A DNA stretch of 64,000 nucleotides from the NCBI GenBank assembly GCA_036149055.1, contig JAYZQJ010000133.1, forward strand, positions 32,001-96,000, given 5' to 3'. Source of the stretch: Myxococcota bacterium. Its GTDB lineage: Bacteria; Myxococcota_A; Polyangia; Polyangiales; Sandaracinaceae. Every line of letters starts with the position of its first letter. The first letter of the stretch is position 1. Made by a program: the position numbers and the translations under genes. Under the pieces are notes generated by a model. That model saw nothing but the letters and a program-made list of their open reading frames with translations. It did not search any database and had not been told where the DNA came from. Shown here piece after piece: positions 39,601-49,102 of this stretch.

Positions 39601-41083
39601 CGGCGCCGCCCATCAGCCCTCGCGACGCGCCGACGAAACTGGGGACACCGGACAGGACGCCCTGGAAATCGGTGAGTGGCGCACCGATCCGGATGCCTCC
39701 GGCTCCGACCGAGAGCTCTCGAATGGCGGTCTCGTGAGCCCCGAAACGGTTCTTGAGCATGGAGACGCCGCGCCGGACGCGGCCGAGCGCCTCGAAGAAG
39801 CGGACGAGCAGCAGCGCGTCCGCCACGTAGGTCACGTCGGCCGGCGCGGTCACGTCCCCGAGGAGCCCGTGCTGGGCCATCACGAGGACCGTCACCACGC
39901 CGCGCTGCCGGAGATAGTCGAGCAGCTCGTGCACGTGCAGGGTCAGGAAGCGCTCCTCGGGCATCGCGTAGACGTAGCCGTTCACGCTGTCGATCCCGAC
40001 GAAGCCGACGCCCTCCTCCTCGACCTGCTCGCGCACCCGATGGGAGAACTCCCCCGGGGAGAGCTCCGCCGGGTTCACGTGGTGGAGGCGCAGGGCCCCC
40101 GACCCGTGCGCGTCCCGCAGCCCGGGCATGCCGAGCGCCGCCGCCCGCTCCAGGAAGGTCTGCTCGCTCTCCTCGAACAGGTAGATCGACGCCTTCTCGC
40201 CCTGGGCGACGGCGGCGCTCACCAGCTGGGCGAGGAGGCTCGACTTCCCGGTGCCGGCCGGGCCCATCAGCAGGGTGCTCGACCCGCGGGCGAGCCCGTC
40301 TCCGAGCAGGGTGTCGAGCTCGGCCACGCCGGACCCGAGGGGCGCGCCGCCGCTCACCTGCCGGTGGTCGCTGGCGACGAGGCGCGGGTACACGCGCACC
40401 CCGCCGGTGACGATGCGGAAGTCGTGATAGCCGCCGCGATAGCGCGTGCCGCGGAGCTTCTGGACGCGCAGGCGGCGCCGGTCCGAGCCGTACTCGGGGG
40501 TTCGGTTCTCGAGCCGGAGCACGCCGTGCACGAGGCTCTGGATGTCGAGCTCCGCGCGGGCCGCCGACGAGTCGCTCATCAACAGCCCGGTCGCTCCGAG
40601 CTTCATCAGCAGCCGCTTCAGGGCGAGCAGCTCGCGCCGGAAGACCAGCGAGGAGCCCGACATGAGCTGGAGCTCCGCGAGCGAGTCGAAGACGACGCGC
40701 GAGGGTCGAAGGCGCTCGACCGTGTCGACGATGGACTGGCTGGTCTGCCTGAGCTCGACCTCCGCGGGGTCGAACATGGAGCGCGCCTCGCCGCCGGCCG
40801 CCTGGCCCGCCGCGTCGAGCTCGAACAGCTCCATCCCCTCGAGGCTCCAGCCGTGCGAGGCGGCCACCTGCTCGACCTCCTCGCGGGTCTCGGAGAGCGA
40901 GACGTAGAGCGCCCGCTCGCCCCGGGCGACCCCCTCGAGCAGGAACTGGAGCCCCAGCGTGGTCTTGCCCGCGCCGGGCTGGCCGAGCACCAGGTGGAGC
41001 CGCGCGGTGGGCCAGCCTCCCTGGAGGACTTCATCGAGACCGGGGACGCCGGTCGAGGCGTAGGTGGCATCGGGTCGTGACAT
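39587..41083 (-). CDS. KaiC-like double-domain ATPase
   Basis: STGVPGLD, GQPGAGKT, LSET, KLRG; second domain GPAGTGKS, FEES, KNRFG. Confidence 0.9.
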   Translation of the reverse strand: MSRPDATYASTGVPGLDEVLQGGWPTARLHLVLGQPGAGKTTLGLQFLLEGVARGERALYVSLSETREEVEQVAASHGWSLEGMELFELDAAGQAAGGEARSMFDPAEVELRQTSQSIVDTVERLRPSRVVFDSLAELQLMSGSSLVFRRELLALKRLLMKLGATGLLMSDSSAARAELDIQSLVHGVLRLENRTPEYGSDRRRLRVQKLRGTRYRGGYHDFRIVTGGVRVYPRLVASDHRQVSGGAPLGSGVAELDTLLGDGLARGSSTLLMGPAGTGKSSLLAQLVSAAVAQGEKASIYLFEESEQTFLERAAALGMPGLRDAHGSGALRLHHVNPAELSPGEFSHRVREQVEEEGVGFVGIDSVNGYVYAMPEERFLTLHVHELLDYLRQRGVVTVLVMAQHGLLGDVTAPADVTYVADALLLVRFFEALGRVRRGVSMLKNRFGAHETAIRELSVGAGGIRIGAPLTDFQGVLSGVPSFVGASRGLMGGADDDG

Positions 41084-41154
41084 GGGATTGGCCGTCCGGG
41101 ACCTAGCCCCGCCGATGGTGGTCGCGAGGCCCCTCCGGCGGATACGCTGGCGCG

Positions 41155-43281
41155 ATGCGAAGGCTGGCTCTGGTCGCGGCGCTCCTCACGGCCTGCGGGC
41201 CTCCCGACCCGCTCCCGGACGCGGCCGTCGACGGCGGGCCGCGCCACACCCCGGCCCCGTTCACGCCGACCGACGCCACGCGCGCCTACTGCCCGGGCGA
41301 CGACGACGCGATCGAGGCCCGGATCACCGCGCTGCTCGGCGCGCTCACGGTGCAGGAGAAGGTCGACCTGATGACCGGCGCCGGGCTCTCGCTGCAGGAC
41401 CACGCCTGGCGCACCCACGGGGTGCCGCGCCTCGACCTGCCGGGGCTCGCGATGCTCGACGGCCCGCGTGGGCTCAGCCACTTCACCGGCCTGCGCGGCA
41501 CCGCGTTCCCGGTGGCGATGGCCCGCGGCGCGACCTGGGATCCGGCGCTGGAGCGCGAGGTCGGCGCCGCCATGGCGCGCGAGCATCGGTCGGTGTCCGC
41601 CAACGTGCTGCTCGCCCCGACGATCAACCTGCTCCGGCACCCGCGCTGGGGGCGGGCGCAGGAGACCTACGGCGAGGACACCTGCCACGTGGGCGAGATG
41701 GGCGTCGCGTTCATCGAGGGCGTGCAGTCGGAGGGGGTGCTGGCGAGCGCCAAGCACTTCGCGGCCAACAGCATCGAGGACACGCGGCACACGGTGAACG
41801 TGGAGCTCGATCCGCGCACGCTCCGCGAGGTGTACCTCCCGCACTTCCGCCGCGCGGTGCAGGACGCGCGCGTCGCCTCGGTGATGAGCGCCTACAACCA
41901 GGTGAACGGGCTCTACTGCGATCTCCAGGGGCACCTGCTCCGCGACATCCTCAAGGACGACTGGGGCTTCGCGGGCTTCATCGAGTCGGACTGGTTCCGG
42001 GGCACGCACGGCGACGTCGCGTCGGTCCGCGCCGGGCTGGACATCGAGATGCCCAACGACGCGCACTTCCGCCGGCTGCGCGGGGCGGTCGAGCGCGGGG
42101 ACCTCGACGAGCGCGAGCTCGACGACAGCGTCCGCCGGATCCTCCGGGCCCAGCTCTGCTACGGCCTCGACGACACGGGCCGCGGGGTGGACCGCCCCGA
42201 GGAGCGGGAGACCGACGCGCACCTGGCGCTCGCCCGCCGGGCCGCCGCCCGCAGCCTGGTGCTCCTGAAGAACGAGGGCGCGCTCCCCCTGGCTCCCGAC
42301 GCCACCCTCTTCGTCGCCGGGCGGGTGGCCGACGTGGAGAACATCGGAGACGAGGGCTCGAGCCGGGTCACCCCGTCCGACGTGGTCACGGCGCTCGAGG
42401 GCCTGGCGGCGCGCGGCGTCGCGCTCACGCATGTCGAGGGCGCGACCCTCGCCCCGGCCGACGAGGACGCGGCGCGGGCTGCCGACGCGGTGATCGTCTT
42501 CACCGGCATGGTCGCCGAGGACGAAGGCGAGGCCGACATCGGGGGCGGCGACCGGGAGAGCCTCGCGCTGCCCTCCGACGAGGTCGCGCTGATCGGCGCG
42601 CTGGCCGCCCTGAACCCGAACCTCGTGGTGGTGCTCGAGGGCGGCGCGGCCTTCACCGTCGAGCCCTGGGCCGACGACGCGCGCGCCCTCCTGATGGCGT
42701 TCTACCCGGGTCAGCAGGGTGGCCACGCGATCGCCGACGTGCTCTTCGGCGACGCGCCTCCGTCGGGGCGGCTGCCCTTCTCGATGCCCGCACGGGAGGC
42801 CGATCTGCCGCCGTTCGACAACGTCTCCGACACGGTCACCTACGGCTACCTGCACGGCTACCGCCACCTCGCGAGCGAGGGCACGCCGGCCGCCTACCCG
42901 TTCGGCTTCGGGCTGAGCTACACGACCTTCGCGATCGAGGACGCGACGCTCGCCGAGAGCGCGATCGGCCCCGACGGCGCGCTCGAGATCACCGCCGACG
43001 TCGTCAACACCGGCGCCTCGGCCGGGCGCGACGTGATCCAGCTCTACGTCGCGGTGGAGGACAGCCGCGTCGCGCGCGCCCCGTTCGACCTGCGCGCGTT
43101 CGCCTCGGTGGAGCTCGCGCCCGGCGCGCGCGAGACCGTCACCCTCCGCGTCGACGCCCGCGACCTCGCCTTCTGGGACGAGGCCGCCGGCGCCTGGGAG
43201 GTCGAGCGCACCGGATACACCGCCCGCGTCGCCCATCACGCCGAGGACCCGGGGGTGACGCGGTCATTCCGGATCGAGTGA
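41155..43281 (+). CDS. GH3 beta-glucosidase (lipoprotein)
   Basis: LTAC lipobox, DGPRG, WGRAQETYGED, KHFAAN, MSAYNQ, ESDW, PFGFGLSYT, Fn3-like C-terminus. Confidence 0.92.
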   Translation: MRRLALVAALLTACGPPDPLPDAAVDGGPRHTPAPFTPTDATRAYCPGDDDAIEARITALLGALTVQEKVDLMTGAGLSLQDHAWRTHGVPRLDLPGLAMLDGPRGLSHFTGLRGTAFPVAMARGATWDPALEREVGAAMAREHRSVSANVLLAPTINLLRHPRWGRAQETYGEDTCHVGEMGVAFIEGVQSEGVLASAKHFAANSIEDTRHTVNVELDPRTLREVYLPHFRRAVQDARVASVMSAYNQVNGLYCDLQGHLLRDILKDDWGFAGFIESDWFRGTHGDVASVRAGLDIEMPNDAHFRRLRGAVERGDLDERELDDSVRRILRAQLCYGLDDTGRGVDRPEERETDAHLALARRAAARSLVLLKNEGALPLAPDATLFVAGRVADVENIGDEGSSRVTPSDVVTALEGLAARGVALTHVEGATLAPADEDAARAADAVIVFTGMVAEDEGEADIGGGDRESLALPSDEVALIGALAALNPNLVVVLEGGAAFTVEPWADDARALLMAFYPGQQGGHAIADVLFGDAPPSGRLPFSMPAREADLPPFDNVSDTVTYGYLHGYRHLASEGTPAAYPFGFGLSYTTFAIEDATLAESAIGPDGALEITADVVNTGASAGRDVIQLYVAVEDSRVARAPFDLRAFASVELAPGARETVTLRVDARDLAFWDEAAGAWEVERTGYTARVAHHAEDPGVTRSFRIE

Positions 43282-44016
43282 GGGCAGGGGCCAGGTGTGG
43301 GACCGACCGGAGGGGACGTCGTCCGGGAGGAACCGGTCGCCACCGAAGAGCAGGGCCCAGCTCCCGGTGCGCAAGCGCAGCCGGATCCGGCCCGCCCTCG
43401 CGCCCCAACTCGCGGCGGCCGACGCCCGGTCGACGACCCGGTAGCCATCGACCGGGGTGAAGCCACCGTCCGGCGCCTCGCCGCGCCAGCTCTCGAAGGC
43501 GAGCGGGAGCGGATCCGTGCAGGTGGGTCCGGGCGCGCCGAGCGCGCAGACCGTGAGCGAGCGGCGCGCGTAGCCGAGCGCCTCTTCGCCCTCGAAGTCG
43601 ATGAAGTCACCCGCGCTCTCCACCGCCCAGAAGGACCGCCCGCCCGACCGGAAGGCGCGGAGCCGCAGCAGCTCCACGTCGCCCGCCTCGGTCGGCCAGG
43701 CGTCGATCTGCTGGAGCCGCGCGATCACGCGGCCGCTTGGAGGACAGCAGGTACAGGCGCACGCCCAGCGAGAAGTCGATCTCGAGCGCGGCCGCCCCCT
43801 GCGGCGCCGGGCGCACGGCGCAGCGCATCGCAGCTCCGAAGCCGCGCGCCTCCACGGCCCACGGGGTGGACGCCGCGCGATCGCAGAGCTCCTGGGCGGT
43901 GCCGGACGCGCCCAGCAGCGCCGGCGTCGTGGCCCGCCCTGGGATCGTGGCGACGACCTCCTGAGCCCGCGCGGGGGCAGCCCCGAGCAACGCCAGGGCC
44001 AACACGAACCATCGCA
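43264..44016 (-). pseudogene. Secreted hypothetical protein split by an apparent frameshift near 43740
   Basis: Signal peptide MRWFVLALALL...YLL in one frame; coding-like continuation GRVIARLQQIDAW...PSLDPE in another. Confidence 0.5.
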
Positions 44017-44038
44017 TGTCACATAGACGCACGCTCGT

Positions 44039-45052
44039 TCACTCCGGAGGCGGCGCGCTGGCGCGCTCGTCGATCTGGCGGGGGTCGAGGGCCTCGCGGG
44101 CCGCGTCGGGGCCACGCCAGAGGAGCAGCAGGACGAAGCCGGCGGCGGTGAGGGCGATCTGGACGGCGTGGCTGAGCAGGGCGATGGCGATCGCGCGGGT
44201 CTCGGTGGTCTGGAGGATGTCGGCCGACATCTGGAACCCGAGCTCGCTGGCGCCGAGCTGACCCGGGATCATCACCGCGACGGCGGCGATCACGAGGTAG
44301 ACGCCGTGCACCGCGAGCGCGCCGATCACGCTGGGGCTGATCCCGACCGCGGTCGCGACGACGCCGAAGTGCGCCGCCTGGAAGAGGCGCCCGAGGATCA
44401 TCGCGCCGACCGGCTTCACCGGATAGAGCGCCGTCTCCCGCGACGCGCTGTGGAACGCGGCCGCGTGGCGCGCGACGCGAGGGAAGCGCCGGCCGAGCCA
44501 GACGCCGAGGCGCTCGTAGCGGGCGGCCGCGCGGAGCGCGAGGCCGAAGACGTTCATCGAGAGGAAGTGCGCGATCAGCGCCCAGGTCAGCACGGACCAG
44601 CCGGTCGCGAGGTAGGCCGCGCCCGCGCTGAGGAGCGTGAAGGTGCCCGAAGAGAGGAGCACGTTCGCCTGGTTGGCGGTGCCCATCGCGGCCGCGGTCG
44701 CGCCGCCGGTCCAGCGCGAGAGCAGGCTGGCCTTCACCGCCTCCGCCGTCGCGCGCCCGGCCGGCGCCACCGCCATCACCGCGTAGGCCACGAGGTGCGA
44801 GGCGAAGAGCGGCCACAGCGGGACCCCCTTGCCGCGCGACCCGAGGGTGGCGCGGGTGGAGACCCCGTCCATCGCCACGCGCAGGAGCTCGAGCGCGGTC
44901 GCGAGCGGCAGCCACGGGAGCGCGGGGACGAGCACCGCCGAGAGCTCGTCGACGCCGACCTCGAGCACGACGAGCACGACCGCGCCGAGCCCCAGCAGCG
45001 CCAGGGCCACGCGGACGCCGATCCAGAAGCGGGCGCGGTTCGTCGGGCTCAC
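44039..45052 (-). CDS. LPG synthase TM/flippase-like (UPF0104) membrane protein
   Basis: PAGRATAEAVKA and IPGQLGASE motifs; about 8 TM. Confidence 0.75.
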   Translation of the reverse strand: MSPTNRARFWIGVRVALALLGLGAVVLVVLEVGVDELSAVLVPALPWLPLATALELLRVAMDGVSTRATLGSRGKGVPLWPLFASHLVAYAVMAVAPAGRATAEAVKASLLSRWTGGATAAAMGTANQANVLLSSGTFTLLSAGAAYLATGWSVLTWALIAHFLSMNVFGLALRAAARYERLGVWLGRRFPRVARHAAAFHSASRETALYPVKPVGAMILGRLFQAAHFGVVATAVGISPSVIGALAVHGVYLVIAAVAVMIPGQLGASELGFQMSADILQTTETRAIAIALLSHAVQIALTAAGFVLLLLWRGPDAAREALDPRQIDERASAPPPE

Positions 45053-45300
45053 GAGGGCGGCCGCAGGATGATCGATCGCAGAGATTTCGCAGCTCCTTTT
45101 CTTCGAGAGACGTGACCCCGGGGCGGCGGCTCACGAGCCCGAAACGCGCATCGACTGCGCGCGGCTCACGATCGGAGGGACGCCGACGCCGCGGATGCGC
45201 CGCGACCGGCAGGCCCTGCGCGTCGCAAGGCTTGCGTGGGGCCGCGGGCCGTGGAGCGGGCCCGGCGGGCGCGTACGTGCGCGGGGAGAGGAGACGGAAG

Positions 45301-45747
45301 ATGCTTCGCCAAACCTGGATCTCGGGCCTCGCCGCGCTCGCCCTGGTCGGGTGCGCGGCCGACGTGGAGACGACGACCGGGAGCCTCGACCGCACCGTGC
45401 CCGGGGCGCCCTTCTTCGACGCCGGCCAGGAGGTGTTCACCGTGCCGAGCCGCTCCGAGGCCACGAACGGCTCCGACCCGAACGCCTACGAAGAGTGCGC
45501 GGCGGTGCGCTGTCGCCCCGGCGACTCCTGCTGCTGGGCCGACGGCCAGTGCTACCCGGACACCTGCCTGGACTGCTGCCCGTCGGAGGACGACCGCGCC
45601 TTCCCCGTCTTCGCCCGCATGCGCACCGACGTGATCCCGCGAGACGACCTCGCCGGCCCGCGCCCGCCCATGCCCCCCGTGCCCGAAGGCCCCACGCCTC
45701 CCGGCCCCGGCTCCCCCGACCCCGGCCCGATGCCTCCCGGCCGCTGA
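45301..45747 (+). CDS. Small Cys-rich, Pro-tailed lipoprotein
   Basis: LVGC lipobox; C-x4-C-x5-CC-x5-C-x4-C-x2-CC; Pro-rich tail. Confidence 0.65.
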   Translation: MLRQTWISGLAALALVGCAADVETTTGSLDRTVPGAPFFDAGQEVFTVPSRSEATNGSDPNAYEECAAVRCRPGDSCCWADGQCYPDTCLDCCPSEDDRAFPVFARMRTDVIPRDDLAGPRPPMPPVPEGPTPPGPGSPDPGPMPPGR

Positions 45748-45758
45748 CCCCGGGGGGG

Positions 45759-45829
45759 GGGGACGGAGTGAACTTGTCAACTTAGGTAGTCCGAATGCCT
45801 ACGTAAGTTAACAAGTTCACTCCGTCCCC
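45759..45829. repeat. Long palindrome 1 (REP/MITE-like)
   Basis: 31-bp stem with 2 mismatches, outer 19 bp perfect (GGGGACGGAGTGAACTTGT/ACAAGTTCACTCCGTCCCC), 9-nt loop. Confidence 0.75.
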
Positions 45830-45871
45830 GGGTCCCTGTCTCCGGAGCCTCAGTCCCCGTTCGAGGGACCG

Positions 45872-46034
45872 GGGACGGAGTTTCCTTGTTGCCCAGCGGG
45901 GCTCCCGACGTCCGAACGCCCTCCGATCAGCGCCGCGAGAGGCCGGATGCGGGAGAGATCAGCCCGGAGAGAGCGACCTGCGCGGGCCTCACACGGCCGC
46001 GAGGTGGCATTCGGAAACAAGGAAACTCCGTCCC
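45872..46034. repeat. Inverted-repeat element 2 (REP/MITE-like)
   Basis: 19-bp perfect TIRs GGGACGGAGTTTCCTTGTT/AACAAGGAAACTCCGTCCC flanking 125 bp. Confidence 0.7.
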
Positions 46035-46045
46035 GGAGTCTGAGA

Positions 46046-46951
46046 TCAGCGACGTTGGAGCGCGGCGCGGAGCTGCTCGGCGGCGTCGAGCATGCCGACT
46101 CCGGGGTCGTCGAGGAGGTCGCCGTCGAGCTCGATGACGTCGTCCGGGCAGGCGCGAAGGTGGGTCAGCGCGGGGTGCTCGCAGATGGGGCCGCGCATGC
46201 CCTCGCGGGTGACCAGGAGGTCGGGGTCGAGGGTGAGCAGCTGCTCGGCGGCGTACTGCGGCCAGCCGTCGAGGTGTGCGGCCGCGTCCTCGAGCCCGGC
46301 GGCGACGAGCACGTCGTGGTAGCTGGTGCCGCGCGCGCCTCCGTAGAAGCGATCCGCGTAGACGCTCAGGTAGAGCGCGCGCCCCGACGGGGCTCCCCCC
46401 GACAGGGCGTCCATGCGGCGGTCGAAGGACGCGGCGAAGCGCTCGCCGCGATCCGGCGCGCCACACAAGGCGCCGAGCTGGCGGATGTCCTCGGTGAGGG
46501 TGCGCCGGCCCTCGAGCGCGCCCAGGTCGAAGACGGTGAGCCCTGCCTCCCGGAGGCGCTCGACCCGCCGCCGCGCCGCGACGTTGTGGGTGATCACGAG
46601 GTCCGGCCGCAGCGCGAGGATGGCCTCGGTGTCGTCGAGCGTGCCGATCGTGTCGGTGCCCGCGTAGCGATAGCCGTCGGGCCCCTCCAGGCTGCGGGTG
46701 GTGACGGCGACGACGCGGTCCCGCGGGCAGAGCTCGAGGAGCAGGCGGTCCGCGACGGTGCTGGCCGAGACGATGCGCCGGAATTCGCGGAGGCGGACCT
46801 CGACGCCGGTGGCGTCCACGAGCGAGGTGACGCGCTCGCCTTCGCCCGCCGCCGCCGCTCCACCCCCTCGAGACCAGCGCCCGGCGAGGCCGACCGACGC
46901 CGCGACCGCGAGCAGCGCCGCCGTCAGGTTGAGGAGCGACGTGCGGCTCAC
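46046..46951 (-). CDS. ABC substrate-binding protein, BtuF/FecB (class III) family
   Basis: RRIVS, EAILALRPDLV, EQLLTLDPD, PG..MLDAAEQL. Confidence 0.85.
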   Translation of the reverse strand: MSRTSLLNLTAALLAVAASVGLAGRWSRGGGAAAAGEGERVTSLVDATGVEVRLREFRRIVSASTVADRLLLELCPRDRVVAVTTRSLEGPDGYRYAGTDTIGTLDDTEAILALRPDLVITHNVAARRRVERLREAGLTVFDLGALEGRRTLTEDIRQLGALCGAPDRGERFAASFDRRMDALSGGAPSGRALYLSVYADRFYGGARGTSYHDVLVAAGLEDAAAHLDGWPQYAAEQLLTLDPDLLVTREGMRGPICEHPALTHLRACPDDVIELDGDLLDDPGVGMLDAAEQLRAALQRR

Positions 46952-47703
46952 GCCGGCCCCCCGAGCCGGAAGCCGAGCGCGGCGTCCTCGAGCAGCTCGA
47001 CCCCGTAGACCGCGCGCACGTGCTCGGGCGAGACGACCTCGGCGCTCGGGCCCGAGGCCACCACCGCTCCGTCCTTCAAGAGCAGCGCCCGATCGGTGCG
47101 CCGGCGCGCGGCGTCGAGCCCGTGCAGGACCACCACCAGCGCGTAGCCCTCGTCGGCCAGCTCGCGCAGCAGGGCGTGGAGCTCGAGCGCGTGCCGCACG
47201 TCGAGCGCCTCGGTCGGCTCGTCGAGCAGGATCACCCGCGCCTCGGTCGCCAGGGCCCGCGCGAGCAGCACCCGGCGCGCCTCTCCGGCGGAGAGGTGGT
47301 CGAAGCGGCGACGGGCCAGCCCGACCACGTCGCAGCGCTCCATCGCGTCGTGAATGGCGCGCCGATCCCCCTCCCCCGGCCGACCGAGCCCGCCGGTGTG
47401 CGCGTAGCGGCCGTGCCCGACGACGGTCTCGACGTGGAGCGCCGACGTGAGCTGGGTGCGCTGCGGCACGTAGGCGAGGCGGGTCGCGCGGTGGCGCGCC
47501 GGGAGCTCCTTCAGGGGCTCGCCGTCGAGCGTGATGGCGCCGTCGTGGGGCAGCAGGCCGACGATCGCCTTGAGCAGGGTGCTCTTGCCGGCGCCGTTCG
47601 GGCCGAGCACGCAGCTGATCGCGCCCCGCGGCGCCTCGAAGTCGACGCCGTCCAGCACGACCCGACGACCGCGCCGGACGCGGAGCCCACGCACCTCGAT
47701 CAC
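46948..47703 (-). CDS. ABC ATP-binding subunit, FecE/BtuD family
   Basis: GPNGAGKST, YVPQ, LSAGE, LLDEPT, VLH; GTGA overlap. Confidence 0.9.
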   Translation of the reverse strand: MIEVRGLRVRRGRRVVLDGVDFEAPRGAISCVLGPNGAGKSTLLKAIVGLLPHDGAITLDGEPLKELPARHRATRLAYVPQRTQLTSALHVETVVGHGRYAHTGGLGRPGEGDRRAIHDAMERCDVVGLARRRFDHLSAGEARRVLLARALATEARVILLDEPTEALDVRHALELHALLRELADEGYALVVVLHGLDAARRRTDRALLLKDGAVVASGPSAEVVSPEHVRAVYGVELLEDAALGFRLGGPA

Positions 47704-48674
47704 GCCTCCTCCTTCGCCGTCCGGAGCAGCAGCGCGAGGAAGAGCGGCGCGCCCACGATGCCGGTCACCACGCCGAGCGGGACCTCGGTCTGGGTCGGCA
47801 CCACCCGGGCGAGCAGATCGCACGCCCCCAGGAAGACGCCGCCGCCGAGGAGCGCGGCCGGCACGAGCTTGCGGTGCTCCGCGCCGACGAAGGGGCGCAG
47901 CGCGTGCGGCACCACGAGCCCCACGAACGCGATGTTCCCCCCGAGCGCGACCGCGGCCGCGGTGAGCACGGCGACCCAGACCACCGACCAGCGGCGCGCC
48001 CGGGTCACGTCGACGCCGAGCGTCGAGGCCTCGTCGTCGCCGCTCAGGAGCAGGTCGAGCGGGCGGCCCCACAGATACGCCGCGAGCACGCCGGCGCCGA
48101 CCAGCGGCATCGCGAGGCGCACGTGCGACCAGCCGACCCCGCCGAGGCCGCCGAGGGTGAAGGACACCACCGCCCGGCCGAGCTCGTGGTGCTCCTGCGC
48201 GAGGGTCGTGAGGAAGGAGCCCACCGCGAGGAAGAGCGAGGTGAGCGCGAAGCCGATGAGGAGCAGCGACAGCAGGTCGGCCCCGCGCCGGACGAAGGCG
48301 AGCAGCACGAGCAGGCTCAGCAGCGCGCCCAGGAGACACCCGATCGGCAGCAGCATCTCCGGCGCCAGCCAGGAGATGGATAGGGCCCCGTGGGCGAGCA
48401 GCACGCACTGCCCGCCGAACGAGGCGCCGGCGGTGGTGCCGAGGATGGACGGCGAGGCGAGCGGGTTGCGGAAGAGCCCCTGGACCACCACGCCGCCCAC
48501 CGCGAGCCCGCCCCCCGCGAGCAGCGCCGCGAGCACCCGCGCGCCCCGGAGCTCGAGGAAGATCTCCCGCAGCCCGGCGTCGCCCAGGTCGCCGGGCCCG
48601 ACGAACAGCGCCCCGATCGACACGAGAGCGAGCCCGGCGAGGAGCACCAAGTACGTCCGAGCGGCTCGGCCCAC
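47700..48674 (-). CDS. FecCD/BtuC family permease
   Basis: QGLFRNPLASPSILG, FVGLVVPH, EVPLGVVT.IVGAP; start uncertain (48674 or 48740). Confidence 0.9.
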   Translation of the reverse strand: MGRAARTYLVLLAGLALVSIGALFVGPGDLGDAGLREIFLELRGARVLAALLAGGGLAVGGVVVQGLFRNPLASPSILGTTAGASFGGQCVLLAHGALSISWLAPEMLLPIGCLLGALLSLLVLLAFVRRGADLLSLLLIGFALTSLFLAVGSFLTTLAQEHHELGRAVVSFTLGGLGGVGWSHVRLAMPLVGAGVLAAYLWGRPLDLLLSGDDEASTLGVDVTRARRWSVVWVAVLTAAAVALGGNIAFVGLVVPHALRPFVGAEHRKLVPAALLGGGVFLGACDLLARVVPTQTEVPLGVVTGIVGAPLFLALLLRTAKEEA

Positions 48675-48760
48675 CGGGCCTCCGTAGCACGCGCGCGGAG
48701 AATTCGCCGTGGTTCCCGGGCGTTGCGCCGCCTCGCCCATATCCCCATCCTGGGGCGCTT

Positions 48761-48779
48761 GATAATGAGATTGACTTTC
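48761..48779. promoter_or_regulatory. Fur-like box
   Basis: GATAATGAGATTGACTTTC matches 14/19 of GATAATGATAATCATTATC; lies between the divergent ABC operon and bfd-bfr. Confidence 0.65.
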
Positions 48780-48808
48780 AGTCCGGAAGGGTTAGATCGA
48801 ACCTCGTC

Positions 48809-49024
48809 GTGCTGGTCTGTCACTGCCATCGGGTCAACGACCGGGTCATTCGCGAAGCCGCCGAGGCGGGCGCGCGGAGCTGCGACGATGTCGGCGCCGC
48901 GTGCGGAGCCGGCACCGGCTGCGGCGGCTGCCGTCCGGCCATCGAGGGCGTGTTGACGAGCGTGCGCGCGGCCGAAGGCGGCGCCTCGCTCCCCGTCATC
49001 CGCGCCCCCGAGCCCGGCGTCTGA
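48809..49024 (+). CDS. bfd: Bacterioferritin-associated ferredoxin
   Basis: VCHCHRV...GTGCGGC. Confidence 0.9.
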   Translation: MLVCHCHRVNDRVIREAAEAGARSCDDVGAACGAGTGCGGCRPAIEGVLTSVRAAEGGASLPVIRAPEPGV

Positions 49025-49102
49025 CGACACCGACAATCGTAGTCATTCTGAGGTGTTCCGCTTTGACGTGACGCCCTCGATGTTCCGCGTTAGCGTGCGG
49101 GC

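Noticed and set aside
39587..41083. Circadian clock
   Set aside because: No kaiA or kaiB, and non-canonical phosphosites.
45748..46045. Cobalamin riboswitch or CRISPR array
   Set aside because: Downstream of the ABC operon, no B12 box, and the repeats are inverted rather than regularly spaced direct repeats.
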